Positions 59,401 to 64,000 of a DNA stretch of 64,000 bases are shown here, in pieces. Made by a program: the position numbers and the translations under genes. Each line of letters begins with the position of its first letter. The first letter of the stretch is position 1. Origin of the DNA: Fimbriosthenelais zetlandica. Lineage: Eukaryota. The stretch is taken from the NCBI GenBank assembly GCA_977030845.1, contig OZ365112.1:14074001-14138000 (forward strand), read 5' to 3'. A model generated the notes under the pieces. It ran no database searches. It saw nothing but the letters and a program-made list of their open reading frames with translations, and was not told where the DNA came from.

Positions 59401-61803
59401 GGGAATTAAGTCACACATCGAGTCAGCCGTCTTAAGTGGAGCCAGGGAAATTTACAGGTAAATTCATAGATAGTGTATAATTCACAGACATAAACGGCGG
59501 TATACCACACACCAACCACACTCCCACTCACTGTTCTTGCTCTAGGTTCATAATTCTCCGGCCGAGGTGGACGATTTATGTAGGCGAGGTGCACGATGTG
59601 TATGTGAGAGTTATCACAGCTAATAAATTGATTACAAACAAGCAACAAACCATCCAACTACTACTAACTATCACTACACCAGTAATAAAAATCTGACCCC
59701 ACGTTTGTACCCTGGTCCTTCCCTCGACTTTGTCTCATAAATCGATGGCATTTCGGAGATGGAGGTCTCTTTTCCCCGTACGTGAACTTCATTTAACTTA
59801 GAGATAACGTAAAATTCCCTGGCGATTTGTCTCAATGGCTTTTCGGAAATTGAGATTTAAATGGTAGGGTTTCATATAAATGTAAAAAGCGCGCGCCATG
59901 TGTCAATGCGTACAGCTTAATATGCCTGCGCAGTAAAACATAGTACCCAACTTTATGACGCGAATAAAAATACCCGTTATATAGGGAAATCTTGTTAGGG
60001 TCGCTATTTACCGGGGTTTGTATAAAATAGTGAGTTTAAGAGTGTGTAGCTGAGACTTGGGAGTTTCTATTCCGCCTCCAGCTCAGTACTTTCTGCCTAC
60101 TTATTTGATGTATATAGCCAACAACTCCTAATTGACGTCGTCAATAATTCAACATGTAACTCCCCTTGAGGTCTAAACACGGAGGGGGAGAAGATAGAAG
60201 GGTTTCTTTAACCAAACACCCAAGCTTCATTCTAAAGGCATTATTATCTCACATACATCTCTTGTCCCATTGACTTTCATCTCCTTTGAAATAAATTCTC
60301 AACTATGTATTCCAACTGAAATAGGTTAACAAGCTGCGAAAAAATGCATCATTCTCTTCCCAAACGATGTATTTTTTCTTCGAAAAAGTTCTGTGTATAA
60401 ATAACCAGACTGGGGAGAGATATTTGGCGCTAGATTGGTAATATTTATTAGCGCTATCAAGTATAATCTGATTCAGCGTCTGTGGGGTTAAACATTTCAA
60501 GCCTAATCCAAGCACTTGTAAACGTTTTCTTCGTGTTACCCTGGACATAAGTCACTGTGGGGGTTCCTGTGGGTTTACTGCTTGGTTGGCAAGCTGCTGA
60601 CCACCTACTGGGAACCAAATTGGGCTATTTGAGCCTGACATTATCCCAAACATATCATACCAACGAAATGATATCTCACCGATATAATTGTTAATATATC
60701 GCCCAAAACAAATTTCGGTTTATATTATGCAATTCAGCCAATTCGTATAATAAAATATGGCGCACTTTTACATAACATTACGTGTCCACTACTTATGTAA
60801 TACTTTATATTGAAATTCCTTTCCATGGGCCCTTTTCAGGAAGAAAGGGTGATGGATTTTTTTTACCACATGTCTGATTAATTGGAAGGAACATATTCCT
60901 CGTATACACATACTTCATATATTATTCGCTGCAGGGATCCTGAATACATAAAATGTCATAATCATTTGGCCTGTCAATCATACTCTAACCTTTTGTCTTC
61001 TCATTCCCTGGCTCACATTAAGTATGATGGCCTTCTATTTGGTCTCATTTGAGGACATTAGCCTAATCAACCATTGACTACCGCGATGACCACATAAATT
61101 CACCGTCCATATATTTTTGTCTAATTCACTGAGATTCACTTTTAAGGCTGAAGATATGAGGGTTTATAAACAAAGTTTAAACAGAGAAATTATGGCATTG
61201 GTATATGATGTTTTGTTAGAAGATATATTAGAATTTTGTAATATTTTCAGGCACAAAAAGTGAAGGTTAGATTGTGGGGGGAGGGTACACCTGAGCTGGG
61301 TATTTGAAGTGAGCCCATCTGGCCGGTAACCACAGACATTAATATGGCTCCTCCCACATAACTCATCCCCTACTAGTCATGTTCTTGCATGTTACCACGG
61401 AAAATATCCCAACTTCCTCCACAAGGGCAATACAAACTAGATGCAACTTAAACAACGTAAAATGGACAAGTTTGAGCTGCTGTCCATGAATTTCAAAAAA
61501 GTTCGTTTCAGACTTTTATGTTTAAAATAAGCTGACCTAAGCTTAGAATTCCTTTCAATTCATATTTCCCTGTATTAGATAATAGAGGTACCGTATATAT
61601 ATTGAAGGGAATTACTCTAACCGTTTTGAGGACCTTTAACTGGTCAAATAAAATGGTTTTCTGATAAATTCTAACCATTAAATATGGCTTGCAGACATAT
61701 GTGGCTATATATGATTCAGCGGTCGCTAACTGTGCCAAAACAAATATTTATAGATATAAAAATGGGGAGTAGGGATAGGTGGAGAGGCGAGAGAGGGGGA
61801 GAC

Positions 61804-61806
61804 AGA

Positions 61807-61858
<52 letters not shown>

Positions 61859-61870
61859 CAGAGAGAGAGA
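61804..61870. repeat. (GA)n microsatellite
   Basis: Perfect (GA)22 at 61813-61856 with imperfect flanks. Confidence 0.97.
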
Positions 61871-62598
61871 ATATGTGGGCCTCCTATAGCACAGTGGCGC
61901 ACCCATCCACTCCAGGCGAGATCGAAGCGCAGTCAGAGTTTATGTTGATTATAATGTGGCGAAAAAGTGATTAGTCTCTGTCTCATTTGGGAGAATGAAT
62001 ACCAAAACAGGGCCATAGATGGGATGCCTGTAGACAAGGCGAGAGATAGGCACCCCGGCTTTTTATATGAAACCATCTACATTATCTGGGTTTGGGACTC
62101 ACAATGTTTGCTGTATGGTAGTTTAGGTGGGTGTGTCGTTGAGAAGGGGTTTCAGACTTAGTATATATGCACATATATGGAGTAGGGTGGTTAAGGATGA
62201 AAAGGGGGAGGGGGTGGAGGAGGAGGAGTTGGAGGAGGTGGTGTTTTCCACTTGTGCTTTCTACATGGACTGTGCCAGGACGGTCATTTTTGGCAGGGCA
62301 TACATTGTGAATATGTAGATCTAGACCACTTGTGTGTGACACTGTCTGCATTGCTTTAGTGCTATACAGACTCTCTCTACCCCCGACCCCGAAACACTCG
62401 GGCGCACCATAAAGCACATAGGATCGGAGCAGCGGCGCATTTTACCACCTCCCCATAAATCTTGAATATTGACTGGATCTGGGCCTATCGGCCATAGGCT
62501 GGTTGGCTGGGCCAGACATGCCCACATGAAGCCTAATTTTGTTACCTCCTGTATATTGGACCGTCCCAGGCTGGAAGGAAAAGCCTGGCCTACTCTTA

Positions 62599-62650
62599 CC
62601 ATCCATCCAGCCATCCAACCATCCATTCATCCATCCATCTATCCATCCAC
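62599..62650. repeat. Imperfect (CCAT)n tetranucleotide repeat
   Basis: ccatccatccagccatccaaccatccattcatccatccatctatccatccac. Confidence 0.9.
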
Positions 62651-63640
62651 CCCTTCTACCACTACCAAGTACCTCTACCCCTCATGCTGCACATACTATA
62701 TACCACTATTCTCCCCCTCTACTGACATGTATTTTGAAAACCCAGCATTCTATGGGGGAGAGAGAGAATGAAGAGAGCATAGAAAAGAGGAGGGAGAATT
62801 GCCATTGACTTCATAAAGGACAAAAGAGGGCACCACAGTGGTAGAGCGTTGGATAGCAGTGGTGTTGTCTGTCTGTGCTCCAGCGAAGCAACCATCGTAT
62901 CTCATGTTATAGTAGTTAGTAAGTGCCGTAGAAATATACTACCAAAGGACTGGCAGACTGAAAGAGGACTATACAGTATAGACAGAGAGGGGGAGAAAGG
63001 TCTTAAAGACATGAGAATACAGACTACTGGAGGAGGAGAAGGTACTGGAGATACGGAGGGTACCTCCAGTCCATGGTGAAGCTGCCTGGATGTGGTGGTG
63101 GTGGAGGAGGACGCGCTGGTTACAAAGTTTAGCATTATATTCATGGTTGTAGCTACCAACAACACACACTCCTCTCTCCCTCCTCTATCCTCTCTCCCTC
63201 TCCCACAACTTGCAGCGTTGGATCGGTATGAATATTTAAAGGGACGGCTACAGACGAGTAGAGGCGGGAGCAGGGAATACTAGCAGACAGTCGTCTGCTT
63301 GCCTTTACATCCTTCTGTGTGTATTTATATATATACATCTTCTCTCATCTCTAAAGGGGTCTAGTCAATATATCATTATACATCTCAATCATCTCTCCAC
63401 CATCTTTCATCATATATAATAATCACCCCCACCCCTCAAATTAACCCCCACACCCTCCCTCCCATCACCCCCCACTTTTCACAGCACCTGCAGAATTTAT
63501 TTATCACCCCCCTTCCAACTCCATTCGTTTGCGCCCATCTCTCCTCCTCCTCCTCATTCTCCTCCTCCCCTTCTGACTGCTGCTCCGGCCGTTCAATCCA
63601 CCAACTTTTCATCCTCACGCCATTTTTCTTTTTTTTTCAG

Positions 63641-63784
63641 ACGACAGTCGGACGGACGAAAGCAGAAAACTGGCGGTAACAAACCAAGTTGGAGGCGGGA
63701 CGCGGACGCGACCAGGGGAGAGTGAGAGAGAGGAGTCTTTCCTCTGCCTTTCCTCCTCCTTCTTATTCTGCATCATCTGTAGCT
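63641..63784 (+). other. Candidate non-coding exon starting at a strong 3' splice site
   Basis: Branch-point-like CTCAC (63614-63618), 16-nt pyrimidine tract and CAG ending at 63640. Possible donors are GCT|GTGAGT (63784/63785) or AAA|GTAAGA (~63866). No ATG up to 63784. Confidence 0.4.
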
Positions 63785-64000
63785 GTGAGTGAGAGGGAGT
63801 GAGAGAGGAGGAGGCCTAGAGACTAGACCACTGCAATCACAACTCTACTCAGTCAGAGAGGGAAAAGTAAGATATCCATATTTTCTCCCATTATTTATAT
63901 TTTATTACCATACATTGCATCGTTTATGGCTTGTGGATGCACACACTTTTATTGGCGATGTGGAGTTATGTGGATTCCCGTCCGGAGCACTGTATAGGGG

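Noticed and set aside
62828-62870. tRNA-like start (gggcaccacagtggtagagcgttgg)
   Set aside because: A-box-like only; no B-box, anticodon arm or acceptor-stem partner.

Overview
This is animal (eukaryotic) genomic DNA, not a prokaryotic locus, and is almost certainly part of a spiralian (lophotrochozoan) Hox cluster. The only recognisable protein-coding gene is a two-exon central-class Hox gene on the + strand. Exon 1 (18960-19506) encodes MSSYY..., FPRFPPFDR and the YPWM hexapeptide; it is followed by a ~8.5 kb phase-1 intron and exon 2 (27973/27976-28304), which holds an Antp-class homeodomain followed by KLTGP, the diagnostic Lox5 parapeptide. The remaining ~63 kb is non-coding. It contains simple and tandem repeats, a small terminal-inverted-repeat (MITE-like) family, a decayed LINE reverse-transcriptase relic (~54-54.9 kb, - strand) and several dense clusters of candidate cis-regulatory motifs. 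It also has ATG-free, splice-signal-flanked segments near 56 kb and 63.7 kb that may be 5' leader exons of the next Hox gene (expected to be Hox5/Scr) or a lncRNA. The other ORFs in the six-frame track look like chance ORFs. I found no CRISPR array, rRNA, convincing tRNA, intact transposon or known Hox microRNA, and nothing that I can support as a wholly new biological system. The best leads are regulatory and splicing hypotheses. All motif counts were made by eye and may be incomplete.
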